Source: Marsupella aquatica
Lineage: Eukaryota > Plantae > Marchantiophyta
DNA length: 64,000 bases
Reading direction: 5' to 3'
Assembly: GCA_973895155.1 (NCBI GenBank)
Contig: OZ316893.1
Location: forward strand, 26,834,798-26,898,797
Every line of letters begins with the position of its first letter. Position 1 is the first letter of the stretch. This document shows, in pieces, positions 46,464 to 59,802 of the stretch. The notes beneath the pieces were generated by a model. That model worked only from the letters and a program-made list of their open reading frames with translations. It was not told the DNA's origin and did no database searches. Made by a program: the position numbers and the translations under genes.

Positions 46464-49400
46464 ATGGATCCTACATGGTATTTTGCTACTTGGAATGTGT
46501 GTGGGCTTTGCGACCCCAATCGGAAGCACATTGTTAAGGACTGGGTGCGCTCTCTACGTCACCCACCTATGGCTTTAGCACTGCAAGAGGTCAAGGTGGA
46601 TCAATTGAGGCTGGACATTGCACTGCGTGCGATCTTTCCAGGATATCAATGCTTCTCATCTGCACCGGACGAAGGTCATGGTGGTTCAGCCATTTTGTTG
46701 CATCCATCGCTGAAGGTGATTGTTTCTGGACAAGTTGATTTGGGAAGGGCGGTATGGATACAAGTGGAACATGAGAAGGGGAATTTTGGGCTGATCAGTA
46801 TATACGCTCCTAACAGTTCTCGGGAGAGGGTGCTACTCTGGAATGAGATAAAAGAGGTGCTACCTTTGGATCAATGGATATTCTGTGGGGATTTTAATAT
46901 GACTGAAAGCGGGGATGACTCTACTGGCACTGGTCCGCTCTTGCGAGGTCGAGAAACAGAATTTTGGCGCTTCCTAAAAACTAGATTTAACTTGGAGGAT
47001 GCGATGAATATTATCGGGGGGGTGAATGGATCAAGATTTACATGGAGGAAAGTTCGGTTTGGAAGGGTTACTCAATCAAGGCTGGACATATTTTATTTCA
47101 GTGAGCAGGGTTGGTGGATTGGAAAGTTGATACAGCTGGTGCACGAAGGGGGCACTGCACTCTCAGACCATGACCCAGTTCTCGTTGAATTTAAATTAGG
47201 TAGTGATGTGGGGACTGGATCGGGGAGGAAGTCATCATACTTCAAGGCCAATCCTGCCTTCCTATGATCAGAGGAGAACTGGGGGAAATTGAAATCGGCA
47301 TGGGAAGAAGGGAAAATGGAGGCAACTGACCCTCACCTCCGTTTTGCGCAGGCTAAAAATAGACTCAGAGAGTGCTTGAAAGGTATACAAGGCACCCCGA
47401 TGGCTTAGCAAATGGCGACGGAGGTGATAAGGGAGAAACTTCGACTACTGAAGGTTACATTGATGGGGGAGTACTCGGATGGGACTTTGAGTGAGTACTT
47501 AACGATGGAGAATCAACTGCGCACAGTGGAACATGACGAGGCTCAACTGGGGCGCAAGCTTGCTAGAATTAAGTGGCTGGGTGAGGGTGATGAGCCTTCT
47601 TGCTTTTACTTTGCTACTGTGAAAGCTAAGCGCTGTCGAGAAGCTATGCCCTCGCTGCTACTTGAAGATGGAACCACGATTACCAATGAGGCGGAAGTGC
47701 TGAAGGAAGTGGAAAAGCAATGCACAAAATTATTTGCACTTGAAATTCGGACTGAAGAGGGAAGTAGAGAGGTCAGAGAAGCACGTAATAAATTGTTGCG
47801 GAATACCGGGAGGGCCCTGAATGACGAGGAGTTGCATGCACTCGAGGATCTTCCGCTTCTCAAGGAGGTTGAAGGAGTATTATGGATGATGCCTGCGAAC
47901 AAAGCTCCGGGACCAGATGGGCTCACTGCGGAGGTCTTCCGTAGATGTTGGGCTTTTATTAAGAATGACATGATGGAGATGATTCAAGCATTCTGGGTCA
48001 ATGGGGAGATGGCTAACAATATCAAAGATGGGATTATTAAGTTCATCCCTAAGAAGCCTGATAAGAGGAGACTGAAAGACTGGCGGCCACTCACGATGCT
48101 TAATACAGGGTATAAGATTATTGCTAAGTTGCTTGCACTTCGACTCAAAGTCCTGTTACCCAAGCTCATCAGCGTGCAGCAAACTGGCTTTATCCCCGGT
48201 AGACATATCCTGGAGAATATTTCCATTGCATGGTTGACGGATGACTGGTTGAAACAAAACAAGTGCGAGGCCCTTTTTTTAAAATTAGATTTTGAAAAAG
48301 CTTTTGATAGAGTTGATCATTCTTATATTTGGGAGTCTATGCACCTTCTCGGGTTGGGGGATCATTTTATCATGTTGGTTAAGGCACTGTTAAGCAATTC
48401 CTACTCTCGTATCCATGTGAATGGACTTTTCTCCGATGAGATTCCCCTGCTTCGTGGTGTGAGGCAGGGATGCCCGCTCTCGCCGCTGCTTTTTGCCATC
48501 TCTACACAACCGCTTATGGACTTTCTTGATGCAGAGCTCAAGGAGGGCAGGCTCAGTGGAATTCAAATCACTGCTGGGTTGACTATTTGTTACAGACTTT
48601 TTGCAGATGATTTGGGGATGGTGATACCGGCCACTGAAGTGGCTTTTGTTCAAACAAGGGTTGCACTAGCGTGCTATGAGCTAGCTTCGGGGGCTCTGCT
48701 TAACCTACGCAAGTCGGTGGTTATTCCTCTGGAGCTGGCAGTGATTCCGGGTTGGCTTTCACAGTCGGGTTGTACCATTAGCAGATCAGGGGAGGTGCAG
48801 CGCTATCTTGGGGCACCACTCGGCCTGAACCTCCAGACTTCCCAACTGCATGACTTTTGTTTGGATAAAATTGCTCAGCGACTGTCCTTTTGGACTTCCA
48901 GGCTGCTATCCTTTACTGGTAGAGTGCTGTTGGTGAAACATGTACTGTAGACTATTCCTATTTACCATATGATGTTCCTCAAGTCCTCTGCGGAACTGGC
49001 AAAAAAGATGATTGCCCTCTGCCGAAACTTTTTATGGGGTTACAATCCGGCTGGAGGCCGTAAGGTTCCTCTGGTGGCTTGGGTTACTTTGGCTCGACCC
49101 AAGGTGATGGGTGGGTTGGGATTCAAAGATTTTCGGATTCATTCGGATGCCCTTTTGAGTCGCTGGTTCACTAAGGCACTGGATGACCCCAGCTCTGAAT
49201 GGGCTCGCCTACTTGGGGCTAATCTGATGTTGGTTAAGTGGCACAATCAGAAGGGTATAAGGCGGAATGGGTATTCGGTTAAGGACAGAATTCTGTTAAG
49301 CTCACCGTCAAATTTTGGTAAGCTTAGATATATAGGTAATCTATGGCAGGCTTGGGCGCCTCTTCGGGAATATCTGATCTTCTGTCCACTGAATGGAACT

Positions 49401-50393
49401 ATTCCTGGGCACTGGGGAATGATGGACCTGTTGAACTGCCTGGAAGGATTTCAATCATTACCTGTTGGCGTTTTGCATGCTCTTGCAGAGATTCGTGGGA
49501 GGATTGGACTTAGAAGAGTGGATGCACTGTGGTCGGATCATGGCAGATGTTGGATTTCGGTGGCTGCCAGGATTGATAAAGTTAGAGGTATTGATCGGGA
49601 GAGGCGGGAGATGTGCAATAGGCTGCTAGACACAATTTGCTCTGCTAGAAGGTGTATATCTGGTGCGGTATCCTCTCCTACTTCCTGGCGTTGGGGAGAT
49701 TGCAACGATAAGATCAATGTTTTCAGACTTGAAAACAAAAGAATTTACCAGATGCTGCGACCTAAGGGATCGGAGACCGGTAGACTGAACAGAATCTGGG
49801 GGGGCTCTCGGACTGAGAATGAATGGAGCAAGCTTTGGCTCAATCTGTGGACACTTGACATTGCAACTAGGGCTAAGACCTTTCTATGGCGGATCATTGC
49901 GCAAGGGCTTTTTTGGGGCGTGAGAGCTCTTAAAATTGGTAAAGGGACAGGGAGGTGTGGGATGTGTACTGGCTCATGGGAAACGATTCCTCATATTTTC
50001 TTTGAGTGTAGGCATGCATGTAGGTGCTGGAGATTAGTACAGGATTGTATGGCAGGCTGCTTCACTTGGCCTTGTTTGGAGATGCTTCCGATGCTGGACT
50101 CTACTGTGGGTAGGGAGAGCATGCATACGGTGAAGGCCTTTGTAATGTACCAAGTTCTATGGACTATTTGGCTTGGCAGGAATGAGCAGATTTTTGATCA
50201 GAGAGACAGACGTAGGTTTGACCTCACACTTGTTCTCTCCGAGGTTGTGGACTCGCTGCATGCTGCTTGTAGGGTCACGCCGCCTGGTCGGAAACTCTCC
50301 AGGCTGCTTAGTGCCAAGGGAACAATAGAGATACTTAGGATCAGGTGGATTCCTCGGATTGGCAACCGGTTTTTTTCGTTGCCCGGTCTGTAG
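46464..50393 (+). pseudogene. LINE ORF2 (APE endonuclease, RT, zf-RVT)
   Basis: TWNV.GL, LQE, IYAP, GDFN, SRLD, SDH.P, KAPGPDG, KLDFEKAFDRV, GVRQGCPLSP, LFADD and C..C..ET..H.FFEC. Stops at 47265, 47406 and 48948. Confidence 0.95.
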
Positions 50394-51904
50394 GTGGTAT
50401 GGCGGCAGTCACTGTCGCGTTCCCTCTGTACTGCTTGGGAGGATGCTTTGGGCTGCCGGTGTGCTGGGGTATGTCTTCCCTGGTGGCGGTCGTGTCGATG
50501 GGCTTTTCCCTTGTAGGGTCGTTGATTTGGGCTGAGGGCTCATCTGTGGGTGGTGACTTCTCACTTTCCCGCTTGGGTTCTTTGGCCCTTTGTTGTATTG
50601 CCTTTTTTGGGCTTTTATGTATTTCGATGGCCTTTTGGGTCCCCCCTCCGCGGGGTTCACGTGTAAAAAAAATTTAAAAAATAAAATTGGGATGTCTTTG
50701 CTGTTTTGGTTTGTGTAAGTGGGCAACAAATGTGGGCAGATTAGGATTAATTAATCCTTTGATCTCTTCTTTGTTTTTGCCTGTGGTGTGTAGGGATGAG
50801 GCCTGAAGCATACAAAACAGCCAGTGAAGAGGCCTGAACAAAGAGAACTTCATGGACATAGTTTCCACAACTAGAGATGTCAAGGAGTGTGTTGAAAATG
50901 GCCACACATAGTCAATTGGTCCATTGAAGGCCTCTATGGTGAATTTGATATCTTCCATCTTTTCCCTGCTAGCTTTGCTACCATGGACATATGCGGTTGG
51001 GCTTGGATGGGAATATGTGCACGAGGACAATTGACAGGAATTCACAATGTAGCCATATTTTTTCAATGTGCTTTTTAGTCCACAATCTCCTCACATGCCA
51101 GATGCATAAGGTGATCTAAACACTTGGCCAAACCTCACTGCCAAAGCAAACACAGTCAAACTATATAATATTGTGATGAGATTGTTTCAATATTTACAAG
51201 AATAGTTGAGTGCGGGGTGGAGCAACAATGTTAGTGCAAATTCTCTTAACACATTATGTTCTTTGACTGCACAATCCACTACAAAGCATGTTGGAGTCCG
51301 TCAGGAGCCCTTGCCCCATCTGGGCGTGGGTCATGTTTTCTAGTTCTTTTCATGGCTACCTTCCCTACAATCAGAACTTCAACAAATCTTGCTCTTTGTG
51401 TGTCTCCATTGGAGCCCAACATGTTGGAATTTCATTCTTGAAGCTCGTCTTGAAGTCATCAAAACAAACCATGTGTACAAAGAGTATTGTACACAGTATA
51501 GAACCAACGCTAGATTTCTAAAAGTAATAACACCAATATATGACAGAATGTCAAAACTACAAAACAACATTTACATAAGCAAGGGCAGACTACCAAAAGT
51601 AGCTAACAATGATACATAAAAGCATAATGTACATTGAAAGAACATTATACAATCAATGTCACATTACTAAAACCACCAAACAATAATATGTCTCATAGCT
51701 TCATTCAGAACATTATACAAGGTCAGATTACTAAAACAACAGAACAGTAACATATGTCACAACAAAGCATTTGTAGAAAAAGTATTGTATAACATTCCAG
51801 AGCCAACATCAAATTATTGAAACTAACAGAAAGTACTGCATGGCAAAGCTTATAACAAATACAAAGTAACATTGGATAGCAAACTAGGTCAAATTACTTG
51901 GAAT

Positions 51905-52500
51905 GAGACTCTTATATTCATTCACATCAAAAGTGGCATTCATGGACACAACACCACCATGCCCAATGTCTCGTCCTACTATGAATGGCCATATTAATGT
52001 TTTGAATGTTCTTCAAATCTAGTCCCAGGTCCCTTGTCCAAATTACATTGGCTCAATTATCAACAAAATTCTTTCTATGTTGACGTAGCTCTTCCTGTTG
52101 GGCCTTGAGAACTCCCAATTCAATGACCCCTGTTCATGAGAGCCACTCAATGCTCTCACATGAGTCAATGAAACTTTTGGGGGCAATGTGAGCCCCCATG
52201 TCCATGCAGACCTGTCCTCCCAACCATGACAGAAATTCCTTGTATTGTCAATATGTTGGAATTCTGTAAATTTCAACAGGCAAACATTCGGCCTTTCCAT
52301 CTCCTTAAAATTTGCTGAAAAACTGAATGTGCAACCTCTCCTAAAAGACGCTCCAGTTTTTGTAGTCTGTTGGAGTGGCTTCTGCCCATTGTGAATAACT
52401 CTATTTTCTGCTAGATCCCACATAAGTCTCTGTTGGCGTCTTCTGATCCAGAACAACACAGATACCATGCTCTTTGTTACCACACTCTTTATTTCTTTTA
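51905..52500 (-). pseudogene. MULE/SWIM-family transposase remnant
   Basis: RRGCTFSF....RPNVCLL.F....H.D....CHG..DR, then GHGGVVSMNATFDVNEYK (decayed MULE D-x-T-F motif). Heavily deleted. Confidence 0.6.
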
Positions 52501-53504
52501 TTTTCAGGCATGTGTTGAATTTCTCACGACATTCCTCCCCTCCAACATATCTTTGTCAAGCATGGATAGTGGTATCCAAGCTTGTTTTTGAGATCAGTTC
52601 AAATTCTCATGAGTAAACTTCCCTGGTGTTGGAATCTGGATTTGGTCACATTCTAGTGCCCTATAGTTATATCTTGATTTGATGATATTTGGGGCATTCC
52701 CATGGGACATGTGACATTCTCCAATACAAGTTTAAGGACTGATGCTTGCAATCCAAAGAAACAAAGTCGGGCGTAGTTATTGTTTGATGTCTCTTACACA
52801 GAGTCAATCTCAGTAAATATGAGAGTAGATATACACAACTAGCTCTCCTTATTCATTGACATGCCATAATTCTCAATATGTATGCACAATTATTGTTCTC
52901 ACACGGGGCAGGGTTTCTCATTCATTCATTCTCATTTATGGACAGGTATTGTGCTCAAATCACAAACAGTTAGACATTTAATATTCATTCTCATTTAGAA
53001 CACAAAGATACTCTTCTCATCCAACTGCACTATTGGACGGTGCGGCCAACCCTCCATGGTCGAACAAAAAGGTGAAACCACATGATTAGGGAGAACCGCA
53101 AAAAGTTGCCGCCATTGCCCAAACTTCAATTTGAAGACAATATGGGTTGTCTCTGGATTCAAAATTTACCTATATTGTGGGATATTCATTAGGTTTGCCT
53201 TCATGTGCTCCACACGGGGTTTTCATGATAGTTTTATCCGAGACTGTTAGTGCAGAGTACCTTGGACTTGTGTAGTCACTCTCTTCCACAAAACTTCCTA
53301 GTGTGGTTGCTCTCTTTCACAAAGCTTCCCTGTGCAATTGTTCGTGCGATTGTTGTCATCCACAAAACTTCCTTTCATGGGCACTTTTTTGTCACTAGCC
53401 AGTGGGCAGTCGCTTGTGTTGACTGAGTGGATTGTCTGTCAAAGGAGACAGACGATCTGCATTGTCACGTCCACATTCAAGCCTCTCCACATTCCAAATG
53501 TCCA

Positions 53505-53644
53505 CAGTGAATATTCCAGTTGAATGAGCACTTCCATGAGCATGTCAGGTGATAAACATCCGCTCGAGCATGACCAGTGAATATTCCAGCTGAATGAGCA
53601 CATCCATGAGCATGTCAGGTGATAAACATCCGCTCAAGGATGAC
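53505..53644. repeat. Tandem duplication, 70 bp x2
   Basis: CAGTGAATATTCCAGYTGAATGAGCAC..GTCAGGTGATAAACATCCGCTC at 53505 and 53575. Confidence 0.9.
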
Positions 53645-55430
53645 CAGGATGATGAGGCAGTGCATCTCTGGCATAGAGAGGGGGTATGTGATGTGGATAT
53701 CCCTGAAGTTGACAAACCGCCACCATAGGACAGACCATGCTTTGGAAGGAGAAGGAAACAGACTCAAAACCTTACAACAATTTTGGATGGGAAGAGTCCT
53801 GAGCAAGAATAGAGTTTGGTTTGATTAAATGTGGGGTGTTATGTTGTTTTCTCCATGATATTTTACCCTGCCTGGATGCTTGCCTCCTTGGAGTGTGGTG
53901 GATTGGGCCCGGTAGATTGCAGTGACAAGCATGGTGGACTGGGCTTGGGCATGGGCACGGGCCTGGGAGCGTAGTGCACTACGAGGCCATGGCTGTGGTT
54001 GACTGTACACAGTAGGCACCACACAAGAACAAGTTGTATGGGTCACTAAGAGGGGTCCTACTACGAAAAAAAAGTTTAATTGGGGCCATTAGGTAAGAAA
54101 GTTTCCCCAGGGGGCCATCAAACATATATCTCCCTTGTTACTTACCTTGTAGTTGTAGTTGCATGTACAGTCCATGTGCAATGACAAGTTCTTTGTTGCA
54201 CCTGGAGGGTTGATTCCATACCTTGCCAACAAATGATGCCCTTTGCTGTCAACTATGAACCTCGCGCCTGGTTCATAGATTCGAGGCAGTGGCAAGTGAT
54301 GCTTGAGGTTTGCATTGCCATCTCCAGGAACAATATCTCCATGCCAAGATCTACCACGTCCACATCTTCATTTTGGCCGTAGTAGACAATGGAGCTCGTA
54401 GAGCACTTTCCACACACGTCTTCATTCTGCCCATAGTGGGCAATGGAGCTTGTAGAGTACTTTCCCGTGTGCAGGGTACCTTTGACAAAATGAAGATTCA
54501 GTTTTTACGCACATGCATTGTAAGGTGGACCCTAGCATCCAGATCAGTCAGAAAAGCCCAACATACAATTAAAGTTAAGTGATTCCATTTAATGACTTTC
54601 AGGCACGGACAACAAGTGATGAGGGTGATGCCAAAATGAGAATGAAAAGACAGGGTACTTCTTCCGGAAGGGTGTGGGGGGAAATCGAGGCAAAGTTAAT
54701 GAGTTTCCCCAAACTTGTCTCTTTAAATTCAAAAACTCTTCTCAAACATGTCCAACAATGTAGGAGTGCAATCAAAGTTTTCAAAGCCAAAGAGTGGTCA
54801 AAAGAGTCCCCATATGAGGAGGGTGTACAAGTACAAGCAAAAGTACACCCAAGTACAAGCAAAAGCTTGTTGGTGACAACATATAAACAAACCAAAGACA
54901 ATCCAGGAAAGTACACTCTACTGATGTGTTCCTAGATGTTATTCGCAAAATGAAAGCTCCTATAGACTACAACATTTGACAAGATGCTTAAATGGACTGC
55001 TCAAAATGCATTGACCATCTTGAAGCCTTATCTTGCTTTTGTCCTATCATGCAAGCAGTTTCAGAGACAAAAAGGGCTTGGTCTATCAGAATCCTTGGGT
55101 CAATTCTGGTTGTCTAGCAACCTTGTTCCTCACACTTCCCGCAATCTGGTGATACTATTCTTGGCTTAAGTTATACTCTAATTCCTCAAGCATTCCTTAT
55201 GATTCAAGGGAACCCAAATTTGGCTTCAAGGGAAAAATGATTACTTGAGGAGTTAGAGTGTAACCTAAGCAAAGAATGGGAGCATCAGGAACCCAATGAG
55301 TTAAACCCAAATGACCAGCAGTTATTTCTTTAAGAAGATCAACAGCTAGTGAACATTTTTTGGGGGTGTTTTTTTAGCCACAGATTTTCTGGTAGCATTA
55401 GATACCCTAGGAGTAATTTCCTGGAAAGGA

Positions 55431-55710
55431 TTTTTAATAAATTTTAATACCGTGAAACCCCACGGATAGGGGGGCACAAAAAGGCCAAAACAACCAGAAC
55501 CCATTGACAAAGCAAAGGGAACCCCGGGGCCGACAGCACCCCCGAGGACCAACCACCCACAACTAAGGCCACAACCCACACCCACCGCGCCCAGCGCAGA
55601 AGGGCCCATCCAAGCCCAAGCAATCAAAGGGACCACCCCACAAACATCCAAATTCTAAAGACCTCACACAGCGCCCCTGTCAAAGCTATGCTGGCCAGCC
55701 CGAAACCAAG
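55431..55710 (-). mobile_element. 5'-truncated LINE 3' end related to the 43441-50684 element
   Basis: The minus strand ends GGCCTTTTTGTGCCCCCCTATCCGTGGGGTTTCACGGTATTAAAATTTATTAAAAA, similar to the LINE end GGCCTTTTGGGTCCCCCCTCCGCGGGGTTCACGTGTAAAAAAAATTTAAAAAA. The 5' limit is approximate. Confidence 0.7.
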
Positions 55711-56756
55711 CCTTACGATGAACATCAAGCCACTCTTTGGCTTGGCAGAACTACTAAACTATTCTGAAAGTTTTTGCTCCCAATGACCAAGTTGGAGGAT
55801 CCATTTATCAATTTTGCAATATGTTTTTGCTTGAAAGTAAATGCATTAAGGATGTTTAGCAAAGTAGTTTTACTACTTCCATAAATGAGTTTAATTTGGG
55901 AATGGGAGTGAATGCACACTCATGGGTTTCCAGCATCTTTGTGGTCACAACAAGTCAAAGATTAAGTTCCAAAATGAATTAGAATTAGTTGGTTCTTGTA
56001 TGGTTTGGCATGCAACACTTGAAAGAGGGGGCGGGAAGGTTCAAATTAAGTGTAACTGAAACTGATAAGGCACAGCTCATTCCGTTCAGGTGTCAACAGC
56101 AAAAATTAATGGAGCTGAGAAACAACAGAATGATCAATTTTATCTGATTGTGACAGGGATTGGACAGCACATGCATATCCTACATTTCACAAACTAAGGA
56201 GGCACAAACACTTAGAGAGGACTGATTTGCAACAGCCCCTCTCCAGTAAAATAGTCTCTCAGGAACACATCTTGTCACAATTTTGTGCTTGAGGCCTAAG
56301 AAATGTACCTCTTGATGCGGACGAGTGCTAAGTGGGTTCTTCATCCAGGCTCTTGTGTGACCACTTGATTGTACATTTGCCAAGAGGGCTGGTTCTTTTT
56401 AGTACCAACTCCTGTGTGGAACACATTTTGGGGGTGTTTCTCCCCCATTTCCAAGGAAAAGAAGGAGAGCAGCCCATTTTCCATGCGTGCTCAGGACAGG
56501 TTAGTTTTCTAGCTTGCTCATCATGGTTTTACCATGTGCCATCATTGCTGTGTGATAGGGTTGCACCAACTTCAAACAATCTCCCCAAATTAATGGTAAA
56601 TGTTTTTAAGACTATTGTATCAAGATAAATGAGAAAACACATATTCTGTAAGGTATTTAAAAGTGTAAAGATTCCCCCCAAAAGATTAAAAAGTTTGTCT
56701 TGTAGTGTTTCCAGCTCAAAAGTATTCCCATGTTGAGAAGAATGATTTATCAATCC

Positions 56757-57582
56757 TTTTTAGAAAATATACACACTTTTTATAGAAAGGGACCAAACAG
56801 AGTACAAAAGAACAAACAAAAGAGGATCCAAGTGGACAAAACCAAACGTAAACGAAGTGAGCAAAAGGGAACCTCTAAACACCAAGAAAGAGGAACTAAA
56901 AGTAAGAAATGAGCAATAGGGAACCCCTAAAAACCAAGAAAGAGAGACTAAAACTAACCCAAACGGACCGAGGTCCTCATCATTCTTAGCAAATGTGGCA
57001 AAAAGCTAATGGTCCACATCAAGGGTCAAAACTAGATCGACAAGTGGGATTGGAACATCCTCGAGGGGAGCTAGCCGCTGCGGAGGCACACTAGCACCCA
57101 TTGTAAGAGATCGACGATAGATGGCCCGAGCTTGAGCACGTTGTAAGGTGACTGAAATGCGTTGGCGAAAGTGCGTGGTCAAAAAAGATAGCAGGGGTCC
57201 AGTGGGACCCATTCGGCCATGAACATCCCGGGCAGCTTGCTGAAGAGGGCCATCAAACTGAGGATGAAGACGCTTGAATAGCTCCAGAGCAAGGGGGAGG
57301 AAGCTGTCGGATGAAGCTCGTGCAGCATATTTGGCCTCCTTTGTTGTTGCCGCACGGACGCTGCTGCCCCTGCCATTGTTGCCGTTGTCCCAATGATGTC
57401 TGGGCGCAATGGGTTTGCCACCACTACATCTGCCAAAGTACGTTGACCCTCACGGACCATGGTAAGATCCACCCGTAACCGTTGTGATGGAGGACCAGGT
57501 AACTCGAGTACCACCTCCCGCCGCACGCATACCAAAGAGCCAGAGAGAACCTGAGCAGTCGCATCTCGCACAGCGTCGTGAA
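56757..57582 (-). mobile_element. 5'-truncated non-LTR retrotransposon with restriction-like endonuclease (CRE/R2-type)
   Basis: HDAVRD...REV....RLRVDL.....LADVVV..P, (frameshift) KEAKY....FLPLALE...RLHP, and FRQRISVTLQRAQARAI, followed by a T-rich 3' UTR. Confidence 0.72.
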
Positions 57583-58989
57583 CAATAATGGTTTTCTTAG
57601 AGTTTGGATGGATTTTTTAGTCATCCTTTTAAAGCAAGAATAAATTAGTTTTGGGTGATTTGGTACTTGTGCCTCAATGCTTATTCCTTTACAAAGCGTC
57701 TGCCCCATTTCTATCCTGCATGCCATTTTTCTAGTATAAAACTGTTTAGCTTCTAAACTATTGTGAATTCCTTTCTAAATATGGTGGGACTCTCATGTTT
57801 TTCTCATAATGACTTAGGTTAGCCACATGTAAGTTACTTAAAACCATAACTTAGGAAATAGAAGTCTAAGCCCTACTTAAGAGGAGAGGGAGTCAAATGT
57901 TTGTTTCTTGCAACTCTTGGATTCCATCACACTCTTGAGAATAGATAAACTAGGGTCTAGGTATCTATAGCAAATGAAGAATCAATTTACCATTATAATC
58001 AAGTTATGGTATATTCTAACAAAAGATGAGAAAAACAGAAAAATAAAAATAGATCTATAAGGGGGTATCAAGAATCAATCCGTGGACCCCATGTTATTTT
58101 AGAGGTAGTTATCTAGAAACTGAAGCCTAAATGGACCTCCAATTCTAAATAAAAACAAAATTCAAAAATGGACAAGTCATGTTGATTGACACTTGAAACA
58201 GTTGCCAAACTTACCAAGGCAATCATAATTAACATCAATCACAAAACTAGTTGCAGTATGAACTCATTGGAAAGCTAATGTAGAGAACATTGGAAACTTA
58301 TAATCTTCTCAAAACTCAATTAGTTCGTGGACCCCTTGGCTAATAAAATCAGGGGGAAGAGTCGATCTGAGCCGTCTCCATTTCGTATCTCCGGAAATCT
58401 CGTCCCTCCATCATAATGGCCAATCTATGGCTCAAAAGAAAGATCTCAAATAGATCTATGGATGGGTTCTGTCCGTTTTGCAAATGGGTTAATATTTTTC
58501 AAATGAAAAATTAAACAAATCCAAGCCTTCCTAGCCGTCGATTTTGTTGATTTTACGATCTTTGCCGTCCATTTTGTAATGCCTCTAGAAATCTTATTCA
58601 TCCATGTTAGAAGGCGATCTAGGGTGCAAAAGAAAGATCTCAAGGAGATCTACGACTTGGTATTTTTGTTTTGAGAATGAGTAAATAGTTTTGAGTATAA
58701 AATTTGATGAACTTTCAAGATTCCAGCCATTCCTCCTCCCCGATCCTGGGTTTCTATGTGCTCTCAGCATTAATGGCCGTACAATACGAGAGGTCCTTAC
58801 ATACCGGGAGTTGCGGTTTAACAAGGAAGTTATCAAGTTAGTTATTAGTCATTATTTATTATATGATAAATACTTTTTATAAATCTTTGAATTTAAGTTT
58901 TAAAATTGGAAATGTAACTAAAACGGTTGTACATAGTGACAGTTTTAATTGTCTTGCTCTTTGCATTTCCAATGTTTTTACTTTTCTTT

Positions 58990-59802
58990 TTATGGCACGG
59001 CGTCCCAAAATTTACACCCAAATTGACACAAACATGAATGAAAACTATAAGTTTGATTCACAAAACCGACGAGTCTTGTTTGTTGCGGTTGTTGGTGATG
59101 TGGCATGCTGTGGTGCCAGGAATTTTAGAAGGGACCTCTAGTGGGGTCCGTAACTAAATCTATCAATGTTCATTAAAAAGCTAAAGAAAATTTAAAATTC
59201 ATAATCTCCTTACTACTCGATAAAATATGTCAATTTTAGGTTCATTCTCATGGAAGGGGTCAACATTTAAGGGGTTTATGACAAAGATTTCTATTCATGT
59301 TAGAGATTATGAAATCATGGGTAAAATCTATTTTTCAAATTACGTACTCAATTCTTATCGAATGGTGACAATGCTGAGCTCATTAGGACCATCTCTTCAA
59401 GATCTTTCCAACGCCATATTATACATGAGTTTTCATTATGATTGACTCAGCAAATGAAAAATAATGAAAACTCCGGGTTTGACATAATAAAATCAAATTT
59501 CATATAATAAAATTGCTGCTGGGGAAATTTTATGTTTTGAATAAAATCAAAATGTAAATAAAACCGTTATTGGGAGCAATTTTACCTCAATCTTTTTGTA
59601 TTTTGATTTGCATGTCAGTTTTTTTCTACATTCTTTTTTACGGCATGACGTCCCAGTTTTTACAGCAAAGTTGCAATTTTGGATAGAATTAACTTCTATC
59701 CAAAAACAAGTCTCTTCCTGTTTGCAACGTGCCATGATGATGTGGCGTGCTGTGGAGCCAGGAATTTTGGAAAGGACTCCTAATGGGGGTCCATAAATAA
59801 AT
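58990..59802. repeat. Diverged direct repeats ending in a GGACC..GGTCC hairpin (about 58990-59160 and 59640-59802)
   Basis: TGTGGCRTGCTGTGGWGCCAGGAATTTTRGAARGGAC..GGGGTCCRTAA occurs at ~59099 and ~59741. Confidence 0.7.

Larger units (their letters stand above)
43441..50684 (+). mobile_element. Full-length L1-clade LINE (~7.2 kb), decayed
   Basis: 14-bp TSD AATTGGGATGTCTT (43427-43440 / 50685-50698), A-rich tail at 50665-50684, and ORF1 + ORF2. Confidence 0.95.

Noticed and set aside
51640-51900. Degenerate AT-rich ~75-bp repeats
   Set aside because: Too diverged to define units; probably low-complexity TE remnant.
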